From: a virus
Virus record (IMG/VR): IMGVR_UViG_3300030090_003995
Coordinates: 1-64,000 of that record
Direction: 5' to 3' (one strand)
DNA length: 64,000 bases
In this document: in pieces, positions 46,830-59,100 of the stretch
How the letters are laid out: each line of letters opens with the position of its first letter
Position numbering within the stretch: the stretch's first letter is position 1
Notes under the pieces: generated by a model
What the model was told of the DNA's origin: nothing
Seen by the model: the letters and a program-made list of their open reading frames with translations, nothing else
The model's database searches: none
Position numbers and translations under genes: made by a program

Positions 46830-48368
46830 ATGGCAATTAATAGCGAAGTATTTCTGGGTAGTGGCGCAAGTTTAATGTTTGTGCCAGAATTAGATTTTTA
46901 TGTGAAACCAAGCGCAAATCCGGCAACAGATGATACATCAGTTGCTTTCCATAGTGATATAACTTGGGCTAAATTAGTAACTAATTTATACACTGGTTGT
47001 ACATTAGAACTGCGTAATGCTTCAAATAATTTTATTTCCTCACATAAAGTAACTAGTAATACATATAATACTCTACATTTTACACCAAAAGTTACTGCAA
47101 CAGGAACATTAACTAATTATTACTATATTTTAAAAGGTTTTGCTGCTCCATTACCCGCACCTGATGGTTCAGGACACGCAAGACTATGTGCAGACAATTG
47201 GTTAGGTTTAGTAGAAAGTGCTACTTTTCCTAACATTGATATTGAAATGAGACAAATGAATAATCAATTAGGTGGGACTAGAAATTTTAGTCATCAATTT
47301 AAAGGGATTGAAACTACTTCAGGAGGAAATCTTGGACTTGTTCTTACTCACCCATGTTGGCTATATTATTTCTTAGGCAAAGCCGGGACTGTAACACCTC
47401 ATACTGATTTAATTACTGCTAACACAGGTCTTAATTCTGATGTTAGGGCATCATCTACAAATGGTTTATTTATTGATAATGGGGCGCATTTAGCACAAGG
47501 TCCGATTTTCTACCGTTCTATTGGTGATAAAGTAGTTCCACCACTTATGAAAGGGGCAGATGCTTATGGAAGTATGGATTTAGTGGCTTTACCAACATTG
47601 GCTAATAAATTAATTACATACGCTTTTACAGAAGCAAATGGTGTAAGTTTACCTTCCTTTTCACTTGAACAAAATTTAAGTAAATTGGAAGATAGTGATG
47701 CGTATGTTGATTCTACTGAAACTAATGAATCTCATAACTTTGTTCGAATCGCAAGAGGAAATAGAGTTAATACATTGACATTAACTGCTAATGAAAATGA
47801 AGAAGTTAAAATGACTTTAGATTTAAATAGTAGCACTATTGATACACCAACAACTGATTATACATATCAAGGGAGAAGAGGTGTAACTGCTGATTCTAGT
47901 TTATTTAACAATAATGCTAGCCAAGATTCATATAATGAACCATATTTCTTTACTGACGGTGTTATTTCTATTTATGGTCAAACCTTTTTAAAGATTCAAT
48001 CTTTCTCATTAACAATGAATAATAACTTAATGGATAAGAGATATGTTGGTATGGCAAATAAAAAAGTCAAAGATTCTATCCCAGCACAAAGAACATATGA
48101 AATATCATTCAGTGCTTTAGTTACAGATTCAAAATTATTTAATGAATTAAGACAAGCCGGTGAAAATACTAGTAATGATATGACATTGACCTTTACTAAG
48201 GCAAATAATACTAATGAAACATTTAATATTACTTTCCAAAATTATATCACAAATTCTGCAAATTGGACTATTCCGGAAGATAGAGGCCCAGTTACTGTTG
48301 ATATGACAGTAAATCCTAGAACGATGAGTAGTTGCACAGCAACAACAAATTGGGTTTTACAGGGGTGA
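46830..48368 (+). CDS. Major tail tube protein
   Basis: LPSFSLEQ, VNTLTLTA, SFSLTMNNNL, RTYEISF tube-like motifs; precedes the chaperone and tape measure genes. Confidence 0.75.
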   Translation: MAINSEVFLGSGASLMFVPELDFYVKPSANPATDDTSVAFHSDITWAKLVTNLYTGCTLELRNASNNFISSHKVTSNTYNTLHFTPKVTATGTLTNYYYILKGFAAPLPAPDGSGHARLCADNWLGLVESATFPNIDIEMRQMNNQLGGTRNFSHQFKGIETTSGGNLGLVLTHPCWLYYFLGKAGTVTPHTDLITANTGLNSDVRASSTNGLFIDNGAHLAQGPIFYRSIGDKVVPPLMKGADAYGSMDLVALPTLANKLITYAFTEANGVSLPSFSLEQNLSKLEDSDAYVDSTETNESHNFVRIARGNRVNTLTLTANENEEVKMTLDLNSSTIDTPTTDYTYQGRRGVTADSSLFNNNASQDSYNEPYFFTDGVISIYGQTFLKIQSFSLTMNNNLMDKRYVGMANKKVKDSIPAQRTYEISFSALVTDSKLFNELRQAGENTSNDMTLTFTKANNTNETFNITFQNYITNSANWTIPEDRGPVTVDMTVNPRTMSSCTATTNWVLQG

Positions 48369-48558
48369 TTAAATGGGTAAAGGATATTCATATGATGAAA
48401 TTGTTAAACGTAATTTGGCTGAAAAAAGTAAGCCAAAAAAGAAATCAATTAATAAAAAAACTGAAACTAAAAAGGAGACTGAAGAGAAACCTGAAGAGTA
48501 AACATAATTTTCCACCACAGTATGTGTGTATGTAAAAGTGGTAGGTGGAAGTGATGAA

Positions 48559-48930
48559 ATGTTTGATGAAAAGAAAATTGTAACGAACAAAGAGACCTTA
48601 TTTGTGTTGAATGAGAGTGAACTACATTATATTAAAGTAGCACCTGATTCAGAAGAATATTTAAAAATATGGATTAAACAACCAACTTGGCTACAAGTAG
48701 AACAAGCAGTTAATTCTGTTCTAAAACTTAATGCTAGGACTCAAGACATGGATTTAGATTTAAACGCCATGTATAAATATATGGTTGATAATTTTATTGA
48801 CAAGACTGAGCCTCATCTCAGTTCTGTCGATTTACTACGACTCACGCCCTTTGTGGGCAATCAGATTAAAGAGATTCTCCCAAATCCTTTCAAGGATTTA
48901 CAGGGGGATGAAGTAAAAAACGAAGATTGA
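48559..48930 (+). CDS. Tail assembly chaperone (gpG-like)
   Basis: Between tube and tape measure genes; slippery A AAA AAC just before the stop. Confidence 0.75.
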   Translation: MFDEKKIVTNKETLFVLNESELHYIKVAPDSEEYLKIWIKQPTWLQVEQAVNSVLKLNARTQDMDLDLNAMYKYMVDNFIDKTEPHLSSVDLLRLTPFVGNQIKEILPNPFKDLQGDEVKNED

Positions 48931-49133
48931 AGGCGGCGATTAAAGGTGGAAAATCCACACCTCAAGACGCTTCCCTAATTATCGTTTATACCTTAGCGAA
49001 AGCATTAGCAATTAGCCCATTAGAAGTTTATAAGATGCCGGCACCATTAGTGCAAGATTTATTATCAGTTCATTTTGTTATGGAAGAAATTAAATCTGAT
49101 GAAATGCAAAAATCTTTAAAAAGTGTGAAGTGA
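48915..49133 (+). CDS. Tail assembly chaperone -1 frameshift extension (gpT-like)
   Basis: ORF 48927..49133 lies in the -1 frame, reachable via the heptamer at 48915-48921. Confidence 0.7.
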   Translation, partial: KKRRLKAAIKGGKSTPQDASLIIVYTLAKALAISPLEVYKMPAPLVQDLLSVHFVMEEIKSDEMQKSLKSVK

Positions 49134-49138
49134 TTTAT

Positions 49139-51190
49139 ATGGCAGCGGAGCAAAAAGAAATGCTAGAAGCGTTAAACACTTTAATTGGCTTGCATAAAGA
49201 CGCAGCGAAAAAAACAGAACAACATAGAATAGAACAAGAAAAAGCAGAATTGGGATTAGTCGCATACAAAGATAGTATGAGAGGTCTGTCTGCTGAAATT
49301 CAAAATGTTAATAATTATTCAAAAGAAATGGGCCGAACAATGGCTCAAGCCGCTCAAGAAAGTAAAGTTTGGACCGCTGCTTCTCGGCTGCTATCGGGAA
49401 CAGGGCTATGGTCTATTCAAAATGGTATTCGTGGTATTATTGACGTGTTTGCTATTTATGACACTTCACAACAAAAAGCAATGAATAGACAAAATCAGGC
49501 TGCTAAAGTAATGGAAAACTACGCTGATGTTCTTGAAAAATATAAAGAAGAACAAATCAAATTAAACGACGCTATTGAAGCGGGTGCTGATGCAACATAT
49601 TGGGAAACAAATGCTGCATATAAATTAATGAAAGCAAAGGGTATTTCTCATGAAACCTCCATTAAACTTCTTAAAGAAGAAATGGATGTTATGGATGATA
49701 TGATTAAAAAACAAAAACGTTTAATAGAAGGAAGTTGGTTTTCCAAAAAAACAGCGGATTTGAGGGCAAGAATTGGATTAAAAATTAGAGGAAGACTAAA
49801 AAAGGATTTTCAAGATAGGGAAAAATATATTGAACAAGTCAATAAAGGTAGATTTTTAGTAAATCAGGGTTCTGTCAATACCGGCGCAAGGGTAACAGCA
49901 TATCATGGTCAGGATGCTAAAGCACTACATCATTTTACGGAAATGATTAAACCATTTGAAATGGGTTTATCGGCAATAGGAAAAACTGCGGAAATGTTAG
50001 GTAAAGGTGCTACAAAGGGGGTTTCACAAGCATTTGGTGTAGGTAAAGCGATTTGGGATATGGGGCCGGATAGTTCAGAACAAAGACGAGCAAAAAGACT
50101 AGAAAAACAAAAAATGGCTGAATTTAAAGAGGGGCAAGGAATAGGGTTTAGTGGTCAACAATTCGCTAACTTGTTTGATATTCCTGATGTTAAAGCAAAA
50201 AAACCCGGAGGATGGGATAGTTGGGCTAATTTCAAAAAGCGTGTGGCATTTGAAAGAGGACAATTTAATAGAAGTAAATTTGGTAAAAAAATGTTGGAGT
50301 TTCAAGAATTTATAAAAAAGAAAGTTATTCCCAATATAATGTTCGTGTTTAGTAAATTAAAAATGGCTATGCTTTATTTCGTAGCAGCATTAGTAGTTGT
50401 TATGGCACTAATGCCATTAATTAAAAGTTTATGGGAAGGTGTAAAAGAAACGGCTGGGTTATTATCAGCAATAGGAATTGGAGTATGGGACCAAGTAAAG
50501 AGTATTTGGGGAGATGCTGTTAAATTACTTGAAGTAACATGGGGTATGATTTATTCAGCATTTACTGGAGATGCGGAAGCACTTGTAGGTTATACTTTAG
50601 ACTTTTTATGGGTAAGTGCTAAATTGATTTTTAAACTTGCCGCATTAACATTTACTGTGGCAATTGGCGCGGCAGTAGCATTAGGATTAGGTATTTGGAA
50701 TTGGATTGTAACTAACGGTCCCGGCAAATTAATAAAAATCTTACTATATGCAGGACTCATTTTAATTGTTTATCATATAGCAGCACAAGCAATAGCGATG
50801 ATTGCTTCAATAATAGCAGGTATTATTGGTGTAATTCCTGTTGGTATTGCTTTGCTTGTTATTGCACTTGGCGTTGTATTGCATCAATTTGGTCGATGGA
50901 TTGGGAAAAATTTATTTGGATTTTCAGAAGGTGGTGTGGTCAATCATACCGGAATGTCTTTAGTTGGTGAAAAGGGTCCAGAATTTGTAAACTTACCAAG
51001 GGGTTCTAGAGTCTTCAGTAATAAAGATAGTAAAAAAATGGTTGGTGGTAATGTAACTAATAATATTTCAGTAAATGTTCAAGGAAGAGTGGGCGCATCA
51101 GATTCAGAAATTAGAGATATTGCTAGAAAGGTTGGTGTTCAGATTAATAGAGAAATAAATAGGACAACATCTTCAGCAACAAGGTCGTGA
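49139..51190 (+). CDS. Tape measure protein
   Basis: Helical, Ala/Gly-rich, hydrophobic segments; GFSEGG..VGEKGPE C-terminal motif. Confidence 0.85.
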   Translation: MAAEQKEMLEALNTLIGLHKDAAKKTEQHRIEQEKAELGLVAYKDSMRGLSAEIQNVNNYSKEMGRTMAQAAQESKVWTAASRLLSGTGLWSIQNGIRGIIDVFAIYDTSQQKAMNRQNQAAKVMENYADVLEKYKEEQIKLNDAIEAGADATYWETNAAYKLMKAKGISHETSIKLLKEEMDVMDDMIKKQKRLIEGSWFSKKTADLRARIGLKIRGRLKKDFQDREKYIEQVNKGRFLVNQGSVNTGARVTAYHGQDAKALHHFTEMIKPFEMGLSAIGKTAEMLGKGATKGVSQAFGVGKAIWDMGPDSSEQRRAKRLEKQKMAEFKEGQGIGFSGQQFANLFDIPDVKAKKPGGWDSWANFKKRVAFERGQFNRSKFGKKMLEFQEFIKKKVIPNIMFVFSKLKMAMLYFVAALVVVMALMPLIKSLWEGVKETAGLLSAIGIGVWDQVKSIWGDAVKLLEVTWGMIYSAFTGDAEALVGYTLDFLWVSAKLIFKLAALTFTVAIGAAVALGLGIWNWIVTNGPGKLIKILLYAGLILIVYHIAAQAIAMIASIIAGIIGVIPVGIALLVIALGVVLHQFGRWIGKNLFGFSEGGVVNHTGMSLVGEKGPEFVNLPRGSRVFSNKDSKKMVGGNVTNNISVNVQGRVGASDSEIRDIARKVGVQINREINRTTSSATRS

Positions 51191-51194
51191 TTAA

Positions 51195-51944
51195 ATGGTT
51201 AGTAATAGTTCAATAGGTGATGTTGGCGGGCATTCTGTGTTGTTAAATTTGGCATCGAGGTCAGGTTTAAGTTCTGGAGAAAATTGGACTCAAAATAGAA
51301 TTTCGTTAAAGGCGGATAATATCACCTTTAACACTTCAAAAGATGTTCTCGCTTTACCATTACCTTTGAGCGGTTGGGCAACAGGTGAATCAACAAAAGT
51401 AGCATTAGATTTTGGCGTTGCCACTAAAAATATTTCACTTAGCGGGATTATTACCGAACAAAATATTCTTAAGAAGTTTAAAGATGACGATACTTCTTAT
51501 AATAGATTCATGACAGCACATGAAGTTTCTCAACTGATTCATTCTTATGTTGATTCATCTTTTCTACAACAGCAGCAAAATCTAAATTCAATTATTATTT
51601 TGATGCCTTCTAGAGTAAATAAAAATTGGGATTATTATACTACATCTGTTGATGGTGTCTCAGCAAATGTAGATGCAAACACCGCAACTGAAGATGCACC
51701 ATTAATTCCTTTTTCATATAAAGTCCGTGGTGGCGGTTCTTCAGGTTCAGGTATTACTTCTCGTAGCACTACCTTTGATGCCGCACCTTTACAATTAGGA
51801 AATTTTCCTGTTCCAGTTACAACCACTGATGAATCAGAAAATTTAGAAGGATTTATTAGAAACTTTAGCACAACTATGGTGGGTGGACAACCATATCTTG
51901 ATTTTACTATGGATTTTGAAATAGCAAAGAGTCCTTTGGGGTGA
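51195..51944 (+). CDS. Putative distal tail protein
   Basis: Directly follows the tape measure gene; ISLSGIIT beta pattern. Confidence 0.55.
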   Translation: MVSNSSIGDVGGHSVLLNLASRSGLSSGENWTQNRISLKADNITFNTSKDVLALPLPLSGWATGESTKVALDFGVATKNISLSGIITEQNILKKFKDDDTSYNRFMTAHEVSQLIHSYVDSSFLQQQQNLNSIIILMPSRVNKNWDYYTTSVDGVSANVDANTATEDAPLIPFSYKVRGGGSSGSGITSRSTTFDAAPLQLGNFPVPVTTTDESENLEGFIRNFSTTMVGGQPYLDFTMDFEIAKSPLG

Positions 51945-51948
51945 TTAA

Positions 51949-53142
51949 ATGTCTTATCAGGTGTTAATTGGTGAAAGGAAATCATTAGTATTTCCTGTCA
52001 TGTGTTATGGTTATTTAACTGTTGATTATGATGATGAGATTGCCGGACAAAATTATGGTTTATTTGGTCACGACGATTCGATAACTTTACAGGCTATTAT
52101 TACACCTTATGATATAAATGGTTTCGGGCATGAATATACAGGATTAGACAATGCGATTGGTGAACATGGAATTGTTGATTCTGTTAAAACTTTGCCCGCT
52201 AGACAGGCCCGCGATGATGCTTCATCAGCATTATATTACAAAAAAAATGGTACGGGTTCGACAGAAGTTATAGAGACCAAGACTCAAAGATATAATTATT
52301 TAACACCGGCTGCTGCTTTAACACATGAAATGACTATTTTTTACAATGAAGTTTTTCATTTATCACTATTAAACGCTACAAGTGTTCATACTAACCAGCC
52401 AGCAGAATATAAATTAAGACTAAGAGTTGCCGCTGATGGTGTAGTCGATACTTTAACAAGTGATATTGCAATATCAGCAGATTTTGAATTATTGAAAAGT
52501 GCAGATATTGGCGTTGAAACATACCATAGTAGTAGCCTAGTTAGCAAATATAAAGGTTTAGCAACAATTGAATCTAGCGGAAATAGCGGTGTTAGTGGGA
52601 ATACAATTAAAATTACTGGCGGAACTAATACTGATGAGTTATTTTATGTGGACCAAAAACTCTATACTTTAAGTGGACAAACTTTTACACACGCGGCAAC
52701 GGTAGCAAGTGTTGGTACAAATGTAAAAACCTTTACAGTAGATTCTTCTCCAACTCACTCATTGACAAATGACGCAATAATTTATACTGAAATTCCAAAA
52801 GAAGCATTATATTTAGAATCAGCAATTCATATTGCCGCGTCTTTTAATCCAGCAACAGGAAGAATGGCAGTATTTAGAGGTGGTAATATGATAGCGAATA
52901 AAGTCCATAGTGCCGCACCAATTTCCCAATTTCAACTTGCTGGGCAAGATTCATACATAGGTGCAAAAATTACTGGGGAATCTGCTGATGCAAATGCTAG
53001 TGATAGACAACAATTTATGGGAGAATTGCATGAATTATCTATTAGTGGAAATGATATTCAAAGTTTTCTTAGTACAGAAACTTTAACACCACAATACTCA
53101 GACTTGTTATTATATTTTAGATTTGAAGAGGTGGATTTATAA
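51949..53142 (+). CDS. Tail protein with LamG/ConA-like domain
   Basis: HIAASFN..YIGA..FMGELHELSI..LLLYFRFEE. Confidence 0.65.
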   Translation: MSYQVLIGERKSLVFPVMCYGYLTVDYDDEIAGQNYGLFGHDDSITLQAIITPYDINGFGHEYTGLDNAIGEHGIVDSVKTLPARQARDDASSALYYKKNGTGSTEVIETKTQRYNYLTPAAALTHEMTIFYNEVFHLSLLNATSVHTNQPAEYKLRLRVAADGVVDTLTSDIAISADFELLKSADIGVETYHSSSLVSKYKGLATIESSGNSGVSGNTIKITGGTNTDELFYVDQKLYTLSGQTFTHAATVASVGTNVKTFTVDSSPTHSLTNDAIIYTEIPKEALYLESAIHIAASFNPATGRMAVFRGGNMIANKVHSAAPISQFQLAGQDSYIGAKITGESADANASDRQQFMGELHELSISGNDIQSFLSTETLTPQYSDLLLYFRFEEVDL

Positions 53143-56100
53143 TGACTAATGATAAGTTATTTATTATGAAAAAAGGGTCAAAACCCGGTGACACACCAAC
53201 ATTAGGAACAAACGTGTACTACGATACTGCAACAAATCCATTAGTTATTTGTGATGATGACACAATTGATGATGCTGCTACTATCGCTTGTTATGAAGTT
53301 AGAAATGATTGGGTTTTACCGCTTAAAGGAATAAGAACTCATACTTCAGGTGTTGCAGTTGATAATGGAAGTGGTTATGCTACAAGTGTTGATACGATTA
53401 ATGTTGATGGTGGCGACCCAAGAGATTTACTTGAAGTAGGTTGGCATACATACAAAAGTGATGGAACATTTATTGGGACTATCAAAAGTATGGCTTATGA
53501 TGGAACACATGGAACAATCGTTTTTACAACAAATATACAAACTGCTTTAGCAAATAATGATGTTATTCATAGAGCATGGGGTGTATCTAATTCTAAAACT
53601 TACAATGTATTAAATAGAATATACCCAAATGATTCAACAAGTGTTGATTTATATTTAGAAAATTTAAACAATACACCTGGATATAGAATTGATTGCGCAT
53701 CATACAAAAGTGATGGTTCTACATTAAGTGTGGGTGTATCATTGGCATCATTAGATATAGCAACAAATGATTATTTTGTTATGATTAACAATTTAGACCC
53801 ATTGAAACATCACATCGCTAAAATAACAGAAATTACAACTAATGATGTTGCTGGGGATTCTTTTGAGTTTAGCCCTAAATACGGTTCAGAAATTCCTAAA
53901 GGGACTAAATTTGCTATTTATAAGGGTCCACTTGTAACTGATACAGGCGTTGTTGCTGTTGGTTACGGGTTATATGGAAATACTCAAAATTATGGAACTG
54001 ATTCTGATGAAACCGATGGAACAGGAACGGCTACTGATGCAAGACACGCAGGATTAACACAAATTTCTGCACCTAATTTTTACTTCTATAATGATAGGCT
54101 AAACAAAAAAAATGAATTAAATCATAATACAAAATATATGCTTCATTATTCTAGGACTACAAGTGCGGCTACTCATTATTTTAGAGCATTTTTAACTTGT
54201 CAAGATTACGGACTGAAAGTTGTTGATTATGGGCCATACACAATGAACGCAACACTAACAGATAAATCTAGAGAATTTGATTCTATTAGTTCTACTCCAC
54301 AATCTACTGACCATTACTCGGCTTCAGTAAGTGAAACATACACTGTTGATGTTGAGGATTGGGATAGATGTTTTACAAATAATAAAAGGAATACAAAAAA
54401 TTTAATTAGACAGTGGTCTAATAATAGAGTTTTTACTGCCACTTCACAAGATGCAAATGCTTATCCTGAAGGAACCTTTACAGGCCCAACGAGATATTTA
54501 CATTATACTACTTCACCAAATGCTTGTAGTTCTATTCCTGATGTATTAGAAATGGAAGTTTTTGATTCTATTAATGAAAGTGGAAGTTATGTAGATATGG
54601 TTATTGCTGATGCGAAAAGAATATATGGTAGAAAATTAAAACAGCATGATAAAATTACAATTAAAAAAATAATTGGTAGAGACAATTTAGATGAAAATTT
54701 TAAAGCACTTCCCGGAAAATGGAGTGGAAATTCTGGCGGAACTGATTTTACTGTCGAATTAGATACAGGTCAAGATTTAAGAATTTTATTACAAAAAACG
54801 ACAGCATCAGGAACAAAATATGAAACGTTTTTAATTGGTAATTATTACTATTTTATCACCGGCATAGACGCCCCTGTTAATGCTAATATTAGAACACAAT
54901 CAATTACAATAGGTGGATATAAAGGTAAAACTGATGCAGAATTTGTTGGTGGGGGAACCATTCAGGAAACATTTACAGATAGTACAGGATATAGGAGAGC
55001 ATGGTCAGTTTTAACTGAATCATTACTAACAGATGTATCAATTGATACAGATGTTACATATAGTAATATTGGAACCGCCACACAATCTTCAACAATCACT
55101 TATGCAAATCAGACTATTAGTTCTAATAATTCTAGACTATATAATTCAGAATTACTTTTACAAGGAGGTTACCTTTTTAATTATTCTATACCAATAGAGT
55201 ATGGGGATAAAACTCATAAAATTTTAAAATTACAATCGCCTAGAAAACAAATGTACCAAGATGAAACTTTAGGTAATGAAAGTTTACTAGAATATTTTAT
55301 TGGTGATTATGCTATAATGAAGACAATATTTGTTGGTAGAATTGAAAGTTTAGAGGATTATATTGAACAAGGAATGTTTAAATATAAATTATCGGGAAGA
55401 GGAAATATAAATAAATTATTGGGCCCAATTGTAAATAAAGATTATAAGCATACGGAAGATATTATATATTCTACTTATGGTCCTATTTTCAATATGAAAG
55501 ATAGTGGTTATGATGTTAATTTATCTACTGGAGCATACGCTTGGTCGCCTACTCCAGTTATTTTTGATGGAAGTGGTTCTTGGGGCTCAACAGTAAAAAG
55601 GTTATTATTTAAACAAGATGGAAATTTACTCGGTAATGTTTCTAGCACATCATCTAACCAATTAAACTTTGTTGGTGCTAGTGGGGCGTTACAAACATCA
55701 GTTGATAATAACGATTCTATTTATGAAGGTTTAACAGATAGAAATATTATTAGTCTATCAAAGTCTTTAGAAGCCAATCCAACATTGAATATTTCCCCCT
55801 TGTCTTTACGAGGAACTGCTGGAAAGGGGTTAATTTTTACATCTGGCCAAAAATTAGATGTTAATGATTATGGGGTTCCAACAACGGAATTATCTACTTT
55901 AGTTGGGACTTCCGCCCATTCTCATTCTAGGGCTTTAGGTTATAATATTCATAATCCACAGTCGGTAAATGAAGGTGTTGATTTACCATTTATGTTTAAT
56001 GTTAAAGATGAAGTAACTACTGGTGGAACATTTTCTAAAATAAATACAGTTAATAGTTTAACAGAATATGAAGTCGTTAGTATAGATTCTGGCGTAGGCT

Positions 56101-59100
56101 CATCAATTATAGAAATAGCACCTAATTGCCCAGTAATTATGGGTAGAGTAGATGATAACCCTAATGATGTTAGGTTTGAAACGTTAACCGCCACAACTAT
56201 AAACCCTGACGATAATTATGCTATTGGTCATAATTATGCTATTGAGGTGAATGATAATTATTCCAATACAAACTCAGCCATTAATGGTAAGTATATTTAC
56301 AATTCTGCTGGAATTTTATTAGGAAAGGTGTTAAATGTTATTGATGATGGGGATTCTGGTTATGGGTGTTTAATAATATTAGATAGACCATTAACAGTTG
56401 CCATCACCACTTCTACTTTATTTTACACTTCAACTAGTAAAACTCATGGTTTGTATTTAATTAATACTCAAGGATTAAGAAATGGCGGAATATTACAATT
56501 AACTAATTCTATATTAAACACTTTATATCAACCAACAATTTTTAACCTTTCGCAAACACCTGATGGTACACACACATTAGATGCTCTTAACCGTCATTAT
56601 TGTGCAGTAGATAGATATGGTTCATATTTTTGGAGATATTTGGATTTACAAAAAGGAAAAAAGGGTTCAATTTCCTACGCTAAAAGGCAAAATATTAGTG
56701 GAGATTTAACTGATATTTATTCTGCGCAATTAGGTGAATTTAATGCTTACGCACCAGCATTTAGATTTAATCCCGGAAGCGACGTATCTCTTAATTTAAC
56801 AGATTTTAATTATGATTCAGATTATAGTAATGATTACCAAAAAATGGGTTCCCATGAAACTAGAAATGTATTTCCGGTATTGGGTAGTAATTTTGCTGAT
56901 TATGATAAATATAGTTCTAATTCTGCAACACACCCAACAGGTTATAATTTAATACCTAAAAAGTATAGTACAACATTAGGTGGGCCTTGGAATATTGATT
57001 GGGATGGCGCAGTATGGGATTCAACGGCTATTAGAAAGGTTGCTTCAGGAATAAAGGCTAATGCTGTTAAAGCAACTAGGGATAGGCTAGAACTTATTGA
57101 CCCTAAAGTAATAACACCATTTTTATTTACAACCGCTGATTTATTTCCCGATAGCCTAACAAGAACAAATCATATTGGGAATGTTGAGAGAGATTTTAGT
57201 AATTATAGTATTATGTTAAAATCAAAACCGACTCAAATTAAAAGTTCCACAGAACATGATAAATATGTTGGTAAATTAAATCAATTAGAATTAAGTGATG
57301 ATTCTTACGAAACGTTATTAATTAATTCCGCATCAATTAAAACTAATCAAATGAGAAGATTAGGTTTAATGCGATTAACAGAAATTACATTTGATTGGCA
57401 TTTTAATATGATTGACCCTGAAAATATTAAAGAAAAGGATAAAAACAATGTACCTTTTTTCAAATACGCTAGATATCAAAAAGTAACTGATAGTTCAGAA
57501 ACAATTAGTAGTATTTCAGGGGCAGTAATTACTTGTACAAATTCCGTTACTGCTAGTAAATTCCCTGACGGTTCTTATGTTTTTGATTCTAATGGTAATT
57601 ACTTGGGTACAGTTAATTCTAGCGGTGTAAGCGGAAGTAATATTACACTTACCGCTGATGTTAAATTAGTTAATGGTGCGGCAGCAACTGGTAATTTATA
57701 TTATATAGAAAAGGGCCACACTAATAATCAGTCATACTATGAGTATTTTATTGGCGGAAAGGATGGAGATGACTCATTTACAAACTTTACTGAAGAATCA
57801 GCAAACAGTACTAATGATGCTGATGATTCATGGGGTAATACTCCAAGACCATTAAATATGTTACAGATGGCTATTTTTAATGGTTATGGTTCTTGTACTG
57901 AAACTCTTAATGAATCTACATCTTCTGCTGAAGAGGCTAATAATGAAGGATATGGAGCATCAGATTCTAGTGCATTTAAAAAATATTTTATTAGAAAAAT
58001 GGATATGGCTGCAAATGGTAATCATGAAATAGGTTATTTAAATCATATTACTTTACCACCTGTTTTTGAAGGATTTGTTTTAGAAAAATTATATCAAGCA
58101 GGTTCTTCAGGAACAAGATTAAGACCATCAGGTTCAGGAAGTTATATTAGCGGAACGACTATCGCTACAAATGGTGCATCACAAGGAGATATTCAAAATC
58201 AACTTAAGTATGGTGATAAAATTTATACTGATAATGGAGAATTCGTTGGAACATTCGCTTCAGTCGATGCAAGCGCAGTAATTACTATCGTTGAAAATTT
58301 AAATACAACAACCACTTTAAATCGTGGTGGAGATGATGCTACTTTCTTATGTAAGGGTGGTACACAAATAACAGATTACCATTCATCAGGTAATCATATT
58401 GATATTGCAACAGGTAAAGGTGGTAATGAAAGTGGTGGACACGCATTATCATCTAAAGAACACGTTGCTAAATATTCTTATGCTGCTACTGCTTCTACAA
58501 TTCCTGATGCAGAATATGTTCATCCTTCAAGAGTTTTAGAAGGAATTTTTAACTTTTTCCAAGATACTAGAATACAAAACCCATATGCTAACTTAAGAGC
58601 AGTAGCACTAACTAGACATAAAGTAGAAAATAGTGGAGGAAAATTGGGTTGGAATGTAACAGAAGATATTAAACCGAAAATAGGCGCGGGAATGTCTGCA
58701 TTATTAGGTTCAGTTGGAAATGGTGGAGGACTAGATGGTGAGGACAAGCAACAACAATTAAAAATAAAAGTTGGGTCTGATTTAGACTATGTTCAACAGG
58801 ATTATCCACCAATGTTTATTGCTGCTAGATTATTTGATAGTCATACTTTTCCAGATGGTTTTTCTACTCACGATGACTTTAGGGGAGAATTTGCTAAATT
58901 TACTAGAACTAAATCTGCAACAGGACAAGTTTTCAAAAATAGGGGTGAACAGGGTGGAAAACAAACCCTTTGCGATGGTGGAGAATTTGTATTTAAGCCT
59001 ATATTTAACACTCAAGGAACAAATACTAGTATTACTTATGATACTACAACGCCAAATGGAAGTAGTATGGCTAGAATTAGAATTCGCCCAGATACAGATG

